The notes beneath the pieces were generated by a model. That model was not told the origin of the DNA, ran no database searches, and worked only from the letters and a program-made list of their open reading frames with translations. Positions 26,393 to 39,950 of a DNA stretch of 64,000 nt are shown here, in pieces. Within the stretch, counting starts at the first letter, position 1; each line of letters begins with the position of its first letter. The stretch lies in assembly GCA_964106645.2 (NCBI GenBank), contig OZ067038.1. One strand, 5' to 3'. A program made the position numbers and the translations under genes. Source of the stretch: Podarcis pityusensis. Taxonomy: Eukaryota.

Positions 26393-26580
26393 CATAGAAT
26401 CATAGACTTGTAGAGTTGGACCCTGATCGTCATATAGTCCAACCCCCAGAAATCTCAAGCATGCAAAACTGGTGGCCATCCAATTTCAACTTGGAAAACC
26501 ACCAATGAAAGAGTCCACCACCACCTGAGGGAGTCTGTTCCACTGTTGAACAGCTGTTACCATCAGAAAGTTTCCTAAAT
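26393..26580 (-). mobile_element. CR1 LINE 3' fragment
   Basis: catagaatcataga tail; translation NFLMVTAVQQWNRLPQVVVDS. Confidence 0.8.
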
Positions 26581-28618
26581 CAGTATGAGGAAGGAGCATG
26601 TGTTGTTGAGTGTTGTGCATAGGGTGGAAGGAAAGCACCCTCGGTCTCATGTGTATTTCCACATTGAGTTGATCACTGTTCCTTTGAAAGGGAAAAAAAC
26701 AGTAAGTAAGAGGAAACAAGTGAACATGACCCTCATACTGTCTTTTATATGAGAAAAAAAATTCCATACAGTCCCTTTGGTTACTCCCTAATAAATCATT
26801 GCTTACTCACATTACTTCTTCTGCTAGCATGTTAAAACTACAGCAAATCACTGATCTTGCAAGACAAACAATGTGCCATCCATTTTAGAAACTATTATCC
26901 TTTGCTGTTGACAAAAGAGTGCCTTTTGTGTCTGGCTTTTGGAAACCAAGCTACATTGATATGCAATTCATAGAAGTTCAATTATGCCTCTGATGAAAAC
27001 AATTACAGCTGGAATTTAAAAGTACAGATTAAAAGGTTTGAATACTTGGCAAAAGTGATTTTAAGAAATATTAAAAGTAAATGGCTTTTTAATTCTATGA
27101 ATTCATCAATTTGTAAGTTAATGAAATTAATGAAGCAAGAAATGAAATGGAAATTCTAGAAGTTTGCAGGCCTGTACTTAGTTTTCTGTCTATGCAAAGT
27201 CCTAGAATAGGCATTTACCACCACTAAGAGCTAAAGGTAATGAATAGCTTCATTTGAACACTAATTCAATTATACAACTCTCTTCCCTCCCCTTTCCCAT
27301 CCACCAAATAATTTACAAATGTCTGAAGTCGACGATGGATGGACTTTCTTTTCTGACCAGCAGAAATCTGGGAACAAACACAATGGCCCTGATCCAGCAA
27401 AAGTTAGTCCCACTGAAGTCCCACTGAAAGCAATGGAGAAAAGGGAGTTTAGACTAACTTCTATTCTAGTGGTTTTAGTGGGAATTCAGTCACAGTTAAG
27501 TTTAGTTGGATTGGCACAACCATAAATATAAAGGCTGTAATACATAGGTTGAAACTACAGAACTATTGCTAAGGCTTCTGTATGGGTCCACACATTCCCT
27601 CCTTACTCTGAATAACAATATTAGCTAAGTTTTGTGCTTTTTCCTTCATATTGCAATGGCTATACTGAGAGGTGACACTTTCTACATTATGGAGTGTGAA
27701 CAGTAACACAATATCCAGAGAAAAGATTTCTTGCCGCATTTTTATTAGGAAGTGGGGAGTGATGAAGAGAGGTCCAAAGGCGTTTGCTATAATTTCTTAT
27801 TCTTTTCAACTTAGTTGCCAAAGGGAAATTTCGAGAAAGAACAAGAAATAAACTACAAACAGAGCTTCAGATTCATAAAGCCTTGAAGTTGGGGCTTTAT
27901 TTTTCCTTAATTTTGTTCTGATACACAATGTAACCATTTTGTGAATCTAGCCATCATCCACCACTCACAACCACCCCATATATCACAATATCTGCCACAG
28001 ATACTTACTTGTCATGCTGCACTTAAAAAAATGGAAACTATGCATACTTCCACACGTAAATCTAAAGGATTAATTCCAACTGAAGGTAGCAATATTGTCT
28101 AAGGGCAGTATCCAACCAAGCTGTTCTGTTAGAGCAAGGAATTCCATTTATGCAGTGGAACTAACTCTCTCTTTCCCCTCCCTGCATCCTCCTCAAATCT
28201 GCTCCTGGTGGGTTAGGGGAACCCCCAGAAAAGATTTAGAGGTAGTAGCATCAATATCTAATCATATAAGCCTCAAAGCATTAAATATAATTTAAGCTGC
28301 ATGTTGCGTTCATATGTGAAACAAGTGTACTTGAGCAGCAGATGTTCTTCATAGGAGTATATGAGGCTGCCTGATACCTTGTAGGACCATTGGCTTGACT
28401 AGCCCAGTACTGGCTTTCCAGAGTCTCTGACAGACTAGGGTTTTGCTGGCAAAGCATGCTTTCTATCATTGAACTACAACCCATAAACTCCACATGAACT
28501 GAGGCCAAGGTAGGATTCTCAAAAGGAGTAATGAGCTGAAATAACAAAGCAGAGCAAAACCTTTTGCGTTCAACAAATCACCAGGCATGGGTGTGGTCAA
28601 GCCTTCAGACTCAGATGC

Positions 28619-28900
28619 CATACACTCCATTACTTCTCCAATGAAATTAGGGGCATCCTAAGGAAAAACAGGGCATTCCAGGATTAAATTTGAAACTGGA
28701 ATGAGCCAGTGTGGTATAGTGGTTAAGAGCAGTGGACTCGTAATCTGGTGAACCAGGTTCGCACCCCGCTCCTCCACATGCAGCTGCTGGATGACCTTGG
28801 GTTAGTCACACTTCTCTGAAGTCTCTCTGCCTCACTCGCCTCACAGAGTGTTTCAAATCTGGGACTGTCCCTGGAAAATCAAGACACTTGGAGAGTCCGA
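28619..28900. mobile_element. hAT-like MITE interrupted by a truncated Squam3-like SINE (28703-28851, + strand)
   Basis: Flanks resemble the reverse complement of 13774-13900; insert matches the first ~150 nt of the 19509 SINE. Confidence 0.65.
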
Positions 28901-29999
28901 GATGCTCCTTCCTCTGTTCTAGAAACATAGGTAAATGGTATGTGTACACACACACATATGTAATGTAAAACATTGATCTTCGGTTAATGGGTTGTAGTCT
29001 ACAAGTGGTTGACACCAGGTGTAACTACTGTACCAGTTACACCAATAGTTTTAAAGGGGAGAAGGGAGAATAAAAAAAGATAAAGAGAAGTGGCAAATCA
29101 CAGTGGTCCCCATGTTATAAGTTGTGACCGAACATGGCCCTGAGAAGTTTGAAGACTGCTGAGTAATAAAATTAAACTTTATACGAGGGGGAAACTTTTC
29201 AAGTTTGCAGTGGGCTAACTGTACCTAGGCCTATGTATGATGCAGCCAGTAGTACTTCCCATTTTTCATTGCCGTACCTAGATCCTGGCCCTGACGAGAT
29301 TTAGATTTCTAAAACTGGGTAAAATTGCTACTTTGCCCAAAACAAAACACTATTCTAGTTCCAAAGAATATTTCTGTGATGATCTTTCAGATTTTCACAT
29401 TAAAGGAATGTGTTGATCTTTGATGCCTTTGACCATGTTCAGTTTGAAGCAGTCTTCATCCATTTCAAATAATTACAAAAACTGTAATATCTCTTTGTGA
29501 TATTTTCTTTTTTTATTTAAACATTGAAGTCATACATTGTGTCTGACTAGTGCATGACCTAATCTGTGTCTTGCATCTCTGGTTCTCATGTTATTGTTGT
29601 TGCTATTATAACTGTATCTCTCTCTATAGCTTTTCATTCGTATGCCGCATAATCTTGGCAGCAGCAAAGTAATCTCTGTTTTAATCATATAATTAATCTA
29701 CAAGAAAATGTTGTTCTGCATCATCAAAAACTGATAAATATGTATTATAAAAGGGTGTGAGCCGTGGTGTTAAAGTAAATGGAACCTGCACACAATAACT
29801 TGATTAATCATTTTTCTCTCTTTGGTGAATCTTAAAATCGAGTTACTTTTGAAAGAATTTAACCTTGATAGAGAAAATTCTTCTGTAATATTAGTTAAAA
29901 TGCTGTAATAAATGTATTCTATGAGGTTGGATCAAGGGTTCCATAGGATTGTGGTGGGACACTCTGGAACTGGGTAAAGGCTTGCAAGATGAAAACAAT

Positions 30000-30660
30000 T
30001 ACAACAGTAGTCATAAGGAATAAATAGAACATCAGAAAATACACAACCAAACTGAACAATTTCCACATAAATCATAATAAGATTGAAAATAAAGATACAA
30101 AAAATAATATAAAAAGCACCAACAACAACCTCCTCCCCCACAACCAAAAACACTAATAAGCATCTGATTAGTAAGGGAATGAGCAGTCTATTTAATATTT
30201 TTAAAGTATTTTTTGTTGTGGTAATTAGGAACTTAAGAAGCCAAGATATAACGATACAGTACAGAAAATATTTTTCCAAATCTTAAATCAAAGATATTTT
30301 TAAACTGTAATTATTATCACTACCAGCTTTTTTGACATGCACTTGCATTTCTCAACCCCATACAAGTTTTCTTTAAGTATTGCAATTAGCTAAGCTTGAA
30401 TATAAAACTAATTGTGCTGAACTGATAAAGAATTTTGTGTTTAACTTCCACTTGATTTTTTAAAAAAATAAAATAAAAAATGTTTTAAAACAATTTATGG
30501 AGTTTTCAAGAAAATATTACATCATTCCAAGTAATTTGGTATATGTATAGCATACATTTCATGCTTTGTTCCCTCATATAAAATTATTCTTTAAAATCTG
30601 CAGGTAGTATTAGACAGCAGAAGTCAACTCATTTTCACGTTAACCAAAAATGACTCTATA
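30000..30660 (-). mobile_element. Probable degenerate L1-type LINE 3' end
   Basis: Minus strand has a broken FKIWKNIF-like ORF2 end followed by a T-rich 3' UTR-like tract; heavily decayed. Confidence 0.35.
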
Positions 30661-31140
30661 AATTGTTGAAACCAAACAAACTTTTTCCGGTTTGTTGTGA
30701 GAGCAATAGGAAAGGGGATTGCCACTCTGACAGGGAAATAAGGAGATAAGACAGAAATTTGAGTGAAAGTGGGTTGGATTTATTTAATGAAAGATATTCA
30801 GTGAGGTGTGGCTAGTGTAGGAAGTGTTGAAGAGAGTGGTGATGACAGTGCAGGATGCTTAAAAATATATAACTGTGGTGAGCCAACCCTGCAAAGGGAG
30901 GGGGTGGTATTGTTTATCTGCCCCTCCTCTTAAACCCCACCTTCTTAGATGAGCAGGAAGGCCTCCCTGATTAACTTTTCCAAGAGTCCCACAACACAGC
31001 ATGATACAAGTTGAACTCAAAAGTGCACCCTGCCTTGCTGGGGAGTCTCTCAGTCCTGAAGGCAAATCTTGAGATTATTAGACACTTTTAAGGTAGAAGG
31101 GGTAAATTACTACACCCTACCTCCTAAATGTGAGCAAATT

Positions 31141-31199
31141 AATTTATCAGCTCCCACTCACCAACCTATTAATTTAACAGCTCCCACTCACCAATCTAT
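31141..31199. repeat. 30-bp tandem duplication (2 copies)
   Basis: aatttatcagctcccactcaccaacctatt / aatttaacagctcccactcaccaatctatg; also at 53207-53265. Confidence 0.9.
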
Positions 31200-31522
31200 G
31201 TTTATCAAGATAGAGGACTTAAAACAAAACACGGACTAGGCAGAACACATTCAGTTTGTCAGCTGAGCCAACATGATAGCAGGCCAGGAACTCCTACTCA
31301 TCCCCACATGATGCCAAGCAGAGGAGCTTTCTACTCAAAGAGCTTTCACCTCTTAACAGCTATCCTGTTTGAATCTGAATATAGATAGATATAAAAAGAT
31401 ACAAGCTCCCTAAGGAATATTAGTTGCAAAAACTTTTGTCCGCTTCTAATCCTCTTTATGGGAAGCTACCCGAAACCTTTTTCACTAGTGAAGTGATGCT
31501 CAGAAATCTGAATTGCAATGTA

Positions 31523-31689
31523 CCATATTTTTCTGTCTATAAGATGCCCCCATGTATAAGATGCCCCTTATTTGGGGGGACTCAGATTTAAGAAAATGGG
31601 GTGAGACACTATCCATGTATAAGATGCCCCCTAATTTTTGACATCATTTTTTAGGGTGGGGAACTAGTCTAGTACATGGAAAAATATGG
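31523..31689. mobile_element. Tc1/mariner-type MITE
   Basis: TIR CCATATTTTTC...GAAAAATATGG with TA flanks; duplicate at 53589-53755. Confidence 0.8.
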
Positions 31690-32730
31690 TAATTGTCTCT
31701 GTTCAGTAAGTCTCCACATTTAATATTGCTTTCCTATAGCCAGTTACCTGACTGTAAGTAAGCCCCAGTGGGACTTAACTCTCAGTAGACACAAATAGCA
31801 CTTTTAGACTTCCATGGAAGAGTCATATATTGTTTCCAGCTCCTTCAAAAAATCAGTATGGAACCCAACCTGAAATATTTCATACAGTCTTATCAAGAAA
31901 CATTTTTTCTTCCTTCACTGAAGGTTTTGCCCACTTAGAAGACTTTGCACTCATCTTTATTATTATTTTTTTCTAAATTCAATGAAAATACTATAGTTAA
32001 AATGTGTAACATGTGTAGATTTAAGTCAGTCCTCAAGGAAGCCAGCATTCCCTTTCCAATTAAAATACGGCTCTGGAAGTGAGAGAGCATATTGAAGTGA
32101 ATTTTAGTTCCATATAATGAAAGCTATAATAATCTTTGTTTCTGAAAAGGAAGCCACAGTGATTAAATATGTAATCATTATAACAGCATGATCTTAAACA
32201 CTGAATAAAATACCAGCTGGACCCACCTCAGGTGCCTAATTCTTGTGGAGAACGAGAGCCCAGTGAACAATTTAATTTCGAAATTAATAGGTGGTTAGTA
32301 AGAAGCTAGGGACGAGAGCATATAAAGCATTGTACATCAACGAAAAGGTAGGGGGGAGATGCCCCAAGTTTGAGTCCATAATCTACGTAATTTAGGTATG
32401 AATGAATTTGTTCACACATAACAAAATGCAGATTATGGTATTCATAAGACTGTGGTAAAATAGGAATATAAACAAAAAAAATGGGTAAGACAAGGTTAGT
32501 TTTGCTTAATTAGACCAAATTCTTTTTTGAAAAAAGTAAAGCATTTCCCAAAGTGATGGTATTATAACTCACATTAGTGACAGCAAAAACAGATGTAGTT
32601 TTTGTTTCATAATCACTTAATAGAATAATAGAAAGCAAACTTACAGTCATTCCCTTTTAAAAGGGCAGACAGCTTAGTAAAATATTTGGAAATATTTTGT
32701 TGTTATTAATTGATGCTTCATACGGCAGTA

Positions 32731-32971
32731 CAGTGGTACCTGGGTTACACACACTTCAGGTTACATACGCTTCGGGTTACAGACTCCTCTAACCTAGAAA
32801 TATTACCTCAGGTTAAGAACTTTGCTTCAGGATGAGAACAGAAATCGTGCTCTGGCGACGTGGCGGAAGCGTGAGGCCCCATTAGCTAAAGTGGTGTTTC
32901 AGGTTAAGAACAGTTTCATGTTAAGAACAGACCTCCGGAATTAATTAAGTACGTAACCCGAGGTACCACTG
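32731..32971. mobile_element. Tigger/pogo-like MITE
   Basis: TIRs CAGTGGTACCT/AGGTACCACTG, TA TSD; duplicate at 54797-55037. Confidence 0.88.
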
Positions 32972-33193
32972 TATAGAATCAGGACAACATGGGGAGGTCT
33001 TTGCAGACCCCAGACTGTATTTGGACCTGAAAGACCAAAGAAAAGTGTGGGTGCATAGAGAGGAAGTTTTAAGCAAGCATAATTTGTGGTGTTGCACAGC
33101 ACCATAAATGATCATGGGGCACATCTGTAAAGGCATCAACCTTTAGCCTCATTCAGGGAGCTTGAAGCAACATAAAATAGCTTTTTAACTGTA

Positions 33194-33391
33194 CAGTGGT
33201 ACCTCAGGTTACAGATGCTTCAGGTTACAGATGCTGCTAACCCAGAAATAGTACCTCGGGTTAAGAACTTTGCTTCGGGATGAGAACAGAAATCGTGCAG
33301 CGGCAGCAAGAGGCCCAATTAGCTAAAGTGGTACGTCAGGTTAAGAACAGACCTCCAGAACGAATTAAGTTCTTAACCCAAGGTACCACTG
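33194..33391. mobile_element. Tigger/pogo-like MITE (internally deleted)
   Basis: Same TIRs and TA TSD; duplicate at 55260-55457. Confidence 0.88.
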
Positions 33392-33499
33392 TAGTCTTAC
33401 TGGCAGGTTTTTTGATCGTTGGAATTTTCTGGCTTTCGAAAAGGAAATATATTAAGATGCTATAGTCTTCAAACACAGGTGTTTCTGCATCTCAGACCA

Positions 33500-33500
<1 letters not shown>

Positions 33501-33541
<41 letters not shown>

Positions 33542-33542
33542 G
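33501..33542. repeat. (TG)10(AG)11 compound microsatellite
   Basis: Seen directly; same length at 55567-55608. Confidence 0.95.
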
Positions 33543-33816
33543 CAGCAGTGGTCAGCAGGGTGGCAGAGGAAGGGCAGCATTGCACAGCTGGCGTCCCAAC
33601 ACAGAAATCACAGCCCTTTGCTCTGCCCCTCTTGGTAAGCAGCAGCAGTGCTCGCCTTGGAAAGCCACATGGACAACACCACCCTACTTGTACTACCCTG
33701 CAAACAACTACTGTGTTGCAGGATGTGTTTGTGTCAGGGTGTGGAGGTGCATTCACTTCATGCAGCTACAATTGTGCTTCGAGACCCCCAACCACCCCCC
33801 AAAAATCAAGACACAG

Positions 33817-34575
33817 TGACATGGGATTTTAGTTTAAGTTACTGGGCAAAATTTAGGCCACAGCTTTATTGAATACAGAATGTGAGTGGTATTGGCTTAG
33901 GCATTGGAGGCATCATCCAAACTATATCAGACTCCCACCCACATCATGGGGAATCTGATAAAAGGGTGAAACACCGCCAGAGGAAGCCCCACCGATGTGA
34001 ACCGACTTGATTTCATCCCTTGTGCCCCCATGGGGTCCTGGTATGGCCCTAGCCTCTACCACTGGGTTTCGGACAAGACCCAGGCCAACTCCTGATTCCT
34101 TTAACAGAATACCCTTGAGCTTGGAGGGGCAGGTGATGGCTGCACCTCCCCTCCCCACACATTGCTGATCGAATGCCTAACCGCCAAACCTTACAATGTT
34201 GTGACGATTGTTACGTGGTAGGCGAAAACCAAACGGCTCTGCCAATCTGCCAGATGGAAAAATTCCTACCAGGCCCCCATTGCAAAACTGGCGACCAACA
34301 ACGTCCATAGTAAGGCCAACGCACCAGATTAAAGGGGTGAGTGGGTGCGTGATCCGTTGCGCAAAGGCAAAGAGGTCCAGCAAACATTGCACAGGGATTA
34401 AATAATGTTTCGTGGCCACCCTCCAAGCCAAGCCATTGGCTTTAGAGACCAAGTGACCACGAAACGACAAACCAGAGTGGTGCAGGGCATAGCCCTACCC
34501 ACACCAGGAGGTGGGAGATGCCTGGGGGCCTGCGCGCAATGCGTACCCTCCTTGAAGAGGATCTGATTTCCCATA
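33817..34575 (-). mobile_element. Unclassified GC/CpG-rich interspersed repeat (LTR-like?)
   Basis: Abrupt composition shift with about 20 CpGs; minus-strand AATAAA near 33866-33871; boundaries uncertain. Confidence 0.35.
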
Positions 34576-36391
34576 CTGGTTTAACATTCTATACCTCTTG
34601 ACAGGGCACTCTGGCACCTGTAGCTGTGTGAGGGGAAGAGCGGTCACTTAACTCTCATAACCCTTAACAAACTGCAGGTCCCACAGCTCTTTGTAGAAAG
34701 CCATGACTGTTAAAATGGAATTATAATGCTTTAAATCTGTGTATGTCCCTGTCCCCCGTCCCCACTCTTCTCAGGCTAGAAGCAGCAGGGCTTGCTCTTC
34801 GCTGTTTGCTATTACCTCCCAGGAAGCACAACCCACTCAGACTGTATCTACTAATAGGTATTTCATATTATATCCATTCTCTTTTAATGGAATGGAACTG
34901 AACATTACACAATCTTTAGGGTGTTCAGGCCTTCTAATAACTTGCCCATTTCAACTGTGTGGGGGTTCAGCGATGGCATCCTTCAACTGCCATTCTTTGG
35001 TCTCTCTCCTTCCCTGTCCAACAATCTGCCGTGGATAGGACAGATTGCTGTTGCCACAGGTCTGAGCTGATTGCTTGAGGAGGGCTTATGAAATTAGGCG
35101 AAGAGCCATTTGAAATTAGGCTGAGGGCTGCATGTGGCCCACCTCTGATCTAGGCCAATAAAAAATAAGTTGTCCCTTAAAGGTCTGGCAATACCATTTC
35201 ACAGAATAATTCCATACACCACAGTAAAGGGAAGTGTGTAACAAACTAGAAGCATGAATTCTTCAGTTTCTCACAGCGAAATAAATACCCAGTTGTCCAG
35301 TTTATATTATTTTTATCTGAAAGTTTTCTGTAGTTAATAGTTGTTGTTTTGTGGTAGTGGTTGTTTTTTTAGTAGCTTGGTTAAATTCTAAGCTTCATTG
35401 ACCTATCTGATTCCTTCCATTTTTCAGAAATTATTTCTTCTGGGCATATTCTTTTCTGAACATGGTTTACTGCCTGCTCAGACACACACTCCATTGCTTC
35501 TAATCAATTCTGACTATCCTTGTATGATATTTGTATGGAGCGCTGTCAGCTAAAAAGTAGCTGAAGCAGAAGACCTATTTCTTCACAATGGAATGCTAGA
35601 AAACTCATCCCTTTGACTCCCCAAATGCATTTGAAGGTAGACAAATACAGTACTGTACAATGGATTTTCAGTGATGCCTGCTACGGCATGCATACCTATC
35701 TGGTATATCAAAAGATTTTTAGCTGAAAATCTTCACCAAACTGAGTGGTGTGTCTGCACGACATGCACACATTAATTCACTCACACTGTAAACTGTTTTT
35801 TCTTCAGGGGGAAAAAATGGTCTGAGATTATGTTAGGTGAGTAAACATGTTTAGCTCTAGGTCAGGCATTGTAACAATAATAACATCAGCAAATTATTTC
35901 TAGCCCAGTCTCTGTCACGTATTCTCGCTAAGAAACTTGTTGGCAAACATGACCCTTTCTTACACTTCAAGAAACTGAACTCTGTTTGGCTAATTTGCAT
36001 TGTGTTGTCACGTGTTTCCCGCTTTCCTGAGTGGTGAGTAATTTACAGGGTTGGTGCTGTTTGAATTTGGCATCCTAACCTTTGGATGAGAATAGAGGCA
36101 GACTGACAATTTCTACTGTTGACCCACTTTGGAACCCTTTGGGGGAGGCAAAAGGGGGTTCAAATCTACTCACTATGTTCCCCATTTCCACATCTAGGCT
36201 ATTCTTAATGGTTGCTCTGGTGGTGGCTGCTGGTTGATAGACATCATTTGCTACTCTAAATTGCCTCTGTAAGTGACAGTACATTATCACATAGCTTCAG
36301 TCCCAAGGCTATTCTGGGGATAGTAGGGGAGCAAGAACCACCACTTCCCACCTGGAATGCCTTTCTGAGCAAGACTTGGTGCTGATGTAGC

Positions 36392-36935
36392 TGTCAAGAA
36401 TTCTTCTCAATATTGATCCAGAGCAGATTCCAATGTATAGTTAGCAGAGTAAAATAAATGTAGCACGTTGCAGAATTCCAAAAAAATAGACCAGAGGCAA
36501 TTAATATTTCATCCAGCAGAGCTTTACTGCTACTGAAGGCAAATGAGCATAATAGTCACAAATCCATACCTTCAGGATTGGCTCTGTCCATAAGAAATCC
36601 AGTTGCAGCAGTCTTAACTTAAACTTATGATAACTTACAATAGGACTAAAACCTTAACACTAAGCATACCAAGTACAGGACACACCACAAGGAAAGAGAG
36701 ATAGAAACTGAAACTCAGGCTGCTTCTGATCTATTATTGTAGTCAGCATGACTTTGAGTGAAAGAGATAACAGAACCAGTTTAAACCAGCTGTTCAGCTT
36801 CTCTGAAGGAATAACCCAAACATCAGGAACCTTCTGCCTGTTTCTAGGCAGAATATAAACTTGCTTGTCGGTAGAAACTTCCAGCTTGCACTAGCTTGTA
36901 TCACACAGAGAAGCTTCCAGAACCCTCTTGAGTCA
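36392..36935 (-). mobile_element. Possible solo LTR
   Basis: TGTCAAGA... / ...TCTTGAGTCA termini and LTR-like size; no TSD found. Confidence 0.3.
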
Positions 36936-36954
36936 ATAGAATAGGAAAGATCCT

Positions 36955-37048
36955 TGTTGTTGTTTAGTCGTTTAGTTGTGTCCGACTCTTCGTGACCCCA
37001 TGGACCAGAGCACGCCAGGCACTTCTTTCTTCCACTGCCTCCCGCAGT
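36955..37048 (-). mobile_element. BovB (RTE) LINE extreme 3' fragment
   Basis: Minus strand ends GGTCCATGGGGTCACGAAGAGTCGGACACAACTAAACGACTAAACAACAACA; 10-bp TSD GAAAGATCCT at 36945-36954 and 37049-37058; duplicate at 59021-59114. Confidence 0.85.
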
Positions 37049-38333
37049 GAAAGATCCTATTCTATTCTAAATAGGAGAGCTATATTTCAGCTAAGCCCTA
37101 GATGGGAGAGCAGTAGAGACTTGTCATTTCAAAAATATTTATGCTCTCTCTTTGTAGAAATCCAGTGGAATAGTGACACTTTCTCCAAGATCTGATGCAT
37201 CTCATTTCAGATTCCTCGCTATTCCCTAATTATTGGCAGCCATCAGCCAGCCATTGTGGGCTGTTAACTAGCATTCTGTCTCATAAAGGAATTGTAAGGC
37301 AGAAACCACAATAGCATAGTTTGCCAGTAAAGTTTAAAACTCTGCTGCTATATTATCTCTTCTCCCTGAAGACATAACCCAAGATAAACAACTTTACCTT
37401 CACTACTAGCCAGCCTAAGGATTTTATTTCTCCAGTTACTTTTATCCCTTTCTTTCTGTTTTGTTTTCTTTGCACATTTGCATGTGAAATGAGAAAACTT
37501 TGCATTAGCTTGGTGAACTAGCTCCTTGGGACATTTATACCTTGTACTTGGCACTGTGCTGTTGAAGTCTATAAACCATCCACATGATGAGCTATTCAAT
37601 GCATGTCTACCAATTTTAAGATTGCTTCTTAACATCTGTTCAGAATTTGTTCATCCTGATGGCCCAGACATCCTTTGTGCTTGGCTGAACATGGTAACTT
37701 ATGATTACTCCATTTATGCCAGTTAGAAATCTAAACAAGTGCATCAGTGTGCACTCTGGTTTGTTTTCCTTTATGAATATATTGAGTTTAACTTTTTGGT
37801 GCCTTTGGGGTTTCTGTCTGAAATGCAAGAAACTCTTTTAGACAACAGCTACAGCATCATCATATGGGAAGCAAACAAGTGTTCTCCCAAGTCTGTCAAC
37901 CTCCCCTCCAACTTTCTGTTATTACATTATTATCTATCACTTCAAGTTAACACTGGTTCTATATGTAAAAAGGCACTTTATTGCTAGATTAGATTAGGGT
38001 GCCCATATGTACCACTTTCCAGAGGTCAGCTGAAGTGCTTTCCAGTCCGAATCCGGTTTAAAGATGAAGACCTATATAAAAGGGGAGAGGAGATGCCTTG
38101 AAATTGCCCATCTGTACTCAGCATTCCCTGAGCAGGCACTCAGGCCCCACTATGATCACAATCTTCCCCACTATGGTGAGACATATTGTATATCACTTTA
38201 AATTATAGTCACGGTTTCTAAATTTGCATCTGTATATATAAATTAACTTTTTTCAGATCTGTATCCTCTTTGTCTTTTCTTCTTCTGTTCACCCTCTTCT
38301 AAGTGAACAGGGCAACTCTCAAAACCATCAAAT

Positions 38334-38699
38334 TGTTGAGATAAGATGGCGCCCGGCACACTTCCCCTGTGCCGATGGACGCTTGTGCCGATAGAAAAAA
38401 CTTGAGCTCTCTTTGAAGCTCTTAGCAGAGTACTGCAGCGGTAGAAAATGTTGCCTTGTGTGTGGATAATAAATCAGACTGAACGCAGGCTTCTTACTAA
38501 ACTCTAACAGCCTTTAATGAGAAGAAAAACATCATAAATCAGTCCGGCGAGAGAGCAGGCATCCTTCTCGCCTCTCAGCCAAAAACGAAAGGATAACTCA
38601 CACACAAAGTAAGATTCCCGTATGTGAACCAAACCACGCCTCAGAATGTGAGACGTCACACAGAACTGTTTAACCCTGTAAGTTCTGATTCTCCTCACA
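38334..38699 (-). repeat. Copia 3' LTR (366 bp, complete)
   Basis: Minus strand TGTGAGGAG...CTCAACA, directly after the PPT; 38509-38699 aligns to 42517-42695. Confidence 0.92.
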
Positions 38700-38742
38700 C
38701 CCCCTCTCGTCTCGCATCCTGAGGGAAAACTGTGAGTATAAC

Positions 38743-39828
38743 TCACCCCAAACACAGCCCTTCACAGAACTCCCCATGTCGCTGGAAGGTCAAGGGTTTG
38801 GTAAACCCATCAGATAGGTTCTCCCGGCTCGAACAATACTTGAGCCGTATCCAACCTGCTTGGACACTCTGACATACATTCTGGAAACGTATGTCCAAAT
38901 GCTTGGTTCTGGACTTGAACTGTCCAGATTCTGCCAACCTAAGACAAGGTTGATTGTCTCCCCAAACAGTTATGGGCAAGTAACAATCCCCACAGATCTC
39001 TTGGATCAAGCACCGGAAGAAGTCCAACTCCCTGCACAAATCCGACAACGCACTGAACTCAGCCTCAGTGGAAGAAAGTGCAATAAGACTTTGCTTCCGG
39101 GACTTCCACCCAACCAGGGATTCCCCGAACTTTACCACCAGTCCAGACACAGACTTCCTGTCCCCAAGAGATGCCCAATCGCTGTCACTCCAGCACGTAA
39201 GCCATGCGTCACCTTCAACTGACAACGCGAGGCAAAACTCTTTGGTATCCTGCAAATACCTCAACACCCTCTTGATGCCTTGCCAGGCATTCACACTGGG
39301 CTTTGTAGCCTCCCTGCTGAGCAGATTCACAGCAAACGCTATGTCTGGTCTGCTCCACTGAGAGAGATACAACAGACTCCCTAGCGCTGACTGAAACACC
39401 TCAGGGTTTTGGAACTCAGAACGCTCCCCAAGCTGACTGTCCTTCACGAAGTTGGTCTCCATGGGCGTTCTGACCCCTGCACAGTCAGACATCCGGAACT
39501 TCTCAAGCAACTGCTCAATCTTGCTTTTCTGACTGAGCAAGAAACTCCCGTTCTCAGACCTGTCTATCCTAACGCCTAGATAAACCTGAACGAAACCAAG
39601 GTTTTTGAGCTTAAACTTCTTACCAAGCTCTTTGGCAAAACCTTGCACCTGTCTACTTGTCTGTGCCACGTACAGAATATCATCTACGAACACCAGAATC
39701 GCTTCCTGTGTCTCTCCTGACCCCTTCAGGTACAGGCAACTGTCTGCAAGACTCTTCTGGAAACCCAAACTTTCCAGAGCTTCATTCAGGCACATGTTCC
39801 AATTTCTGGCTGACTGTTTCAAACCATA
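38743..39828 (-). pseudogene. Copia pol, RT C-terminal half plus RNase H
   Basis: YGLKQSARNW, ILVFVDDIL, SRPDIAFAV, WSDSDWA, SSTEAEF, DNQPC, RTKHLDIRF, DGFTKPL motifs. Confidence 0.95.
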
Positions 39829-39950
39829 CCAAGAACTAACTCAAGAACTTCAAGCTCATACCAAGAACTAACTTAGTTGGTCTTTAAGGTGCTACTGGAA
39901 GGATTTTTTTTATTTTGATTATGGCAGACCAACACGGCTACCTATCTGTA
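39829..39950 (+). mobile_element. 122-bp insertion, Penelope-like element terminal fragment
   Basis: 16-bp TSD ACTGTTTCAAACCATA (39813-39828 and 39951-39966); aagctcatacc...ttagttggtctttaaggtgctactgg...gcagaccaacacggctacc resembles reptilian Penelope termini from recall. Confidence 0.65.

Noticed and set aside
29932-30279. 115-aa hydrophobic ORF as a membrane protein or env-like gene (also 51998-52345)
   Set aside because: It comes from a T-rich low-complexity strand, has a non-ATG start, and lies 8 kb outside the Copia TSD
39829-39880. Hammerhead ribozyme or CRISPR-like repeat in the RT insertion
   Set aside because: No CTGANGA/GAAA core is present; there are only two short irregular repeats without spacers, and the DNA is eukaryotic
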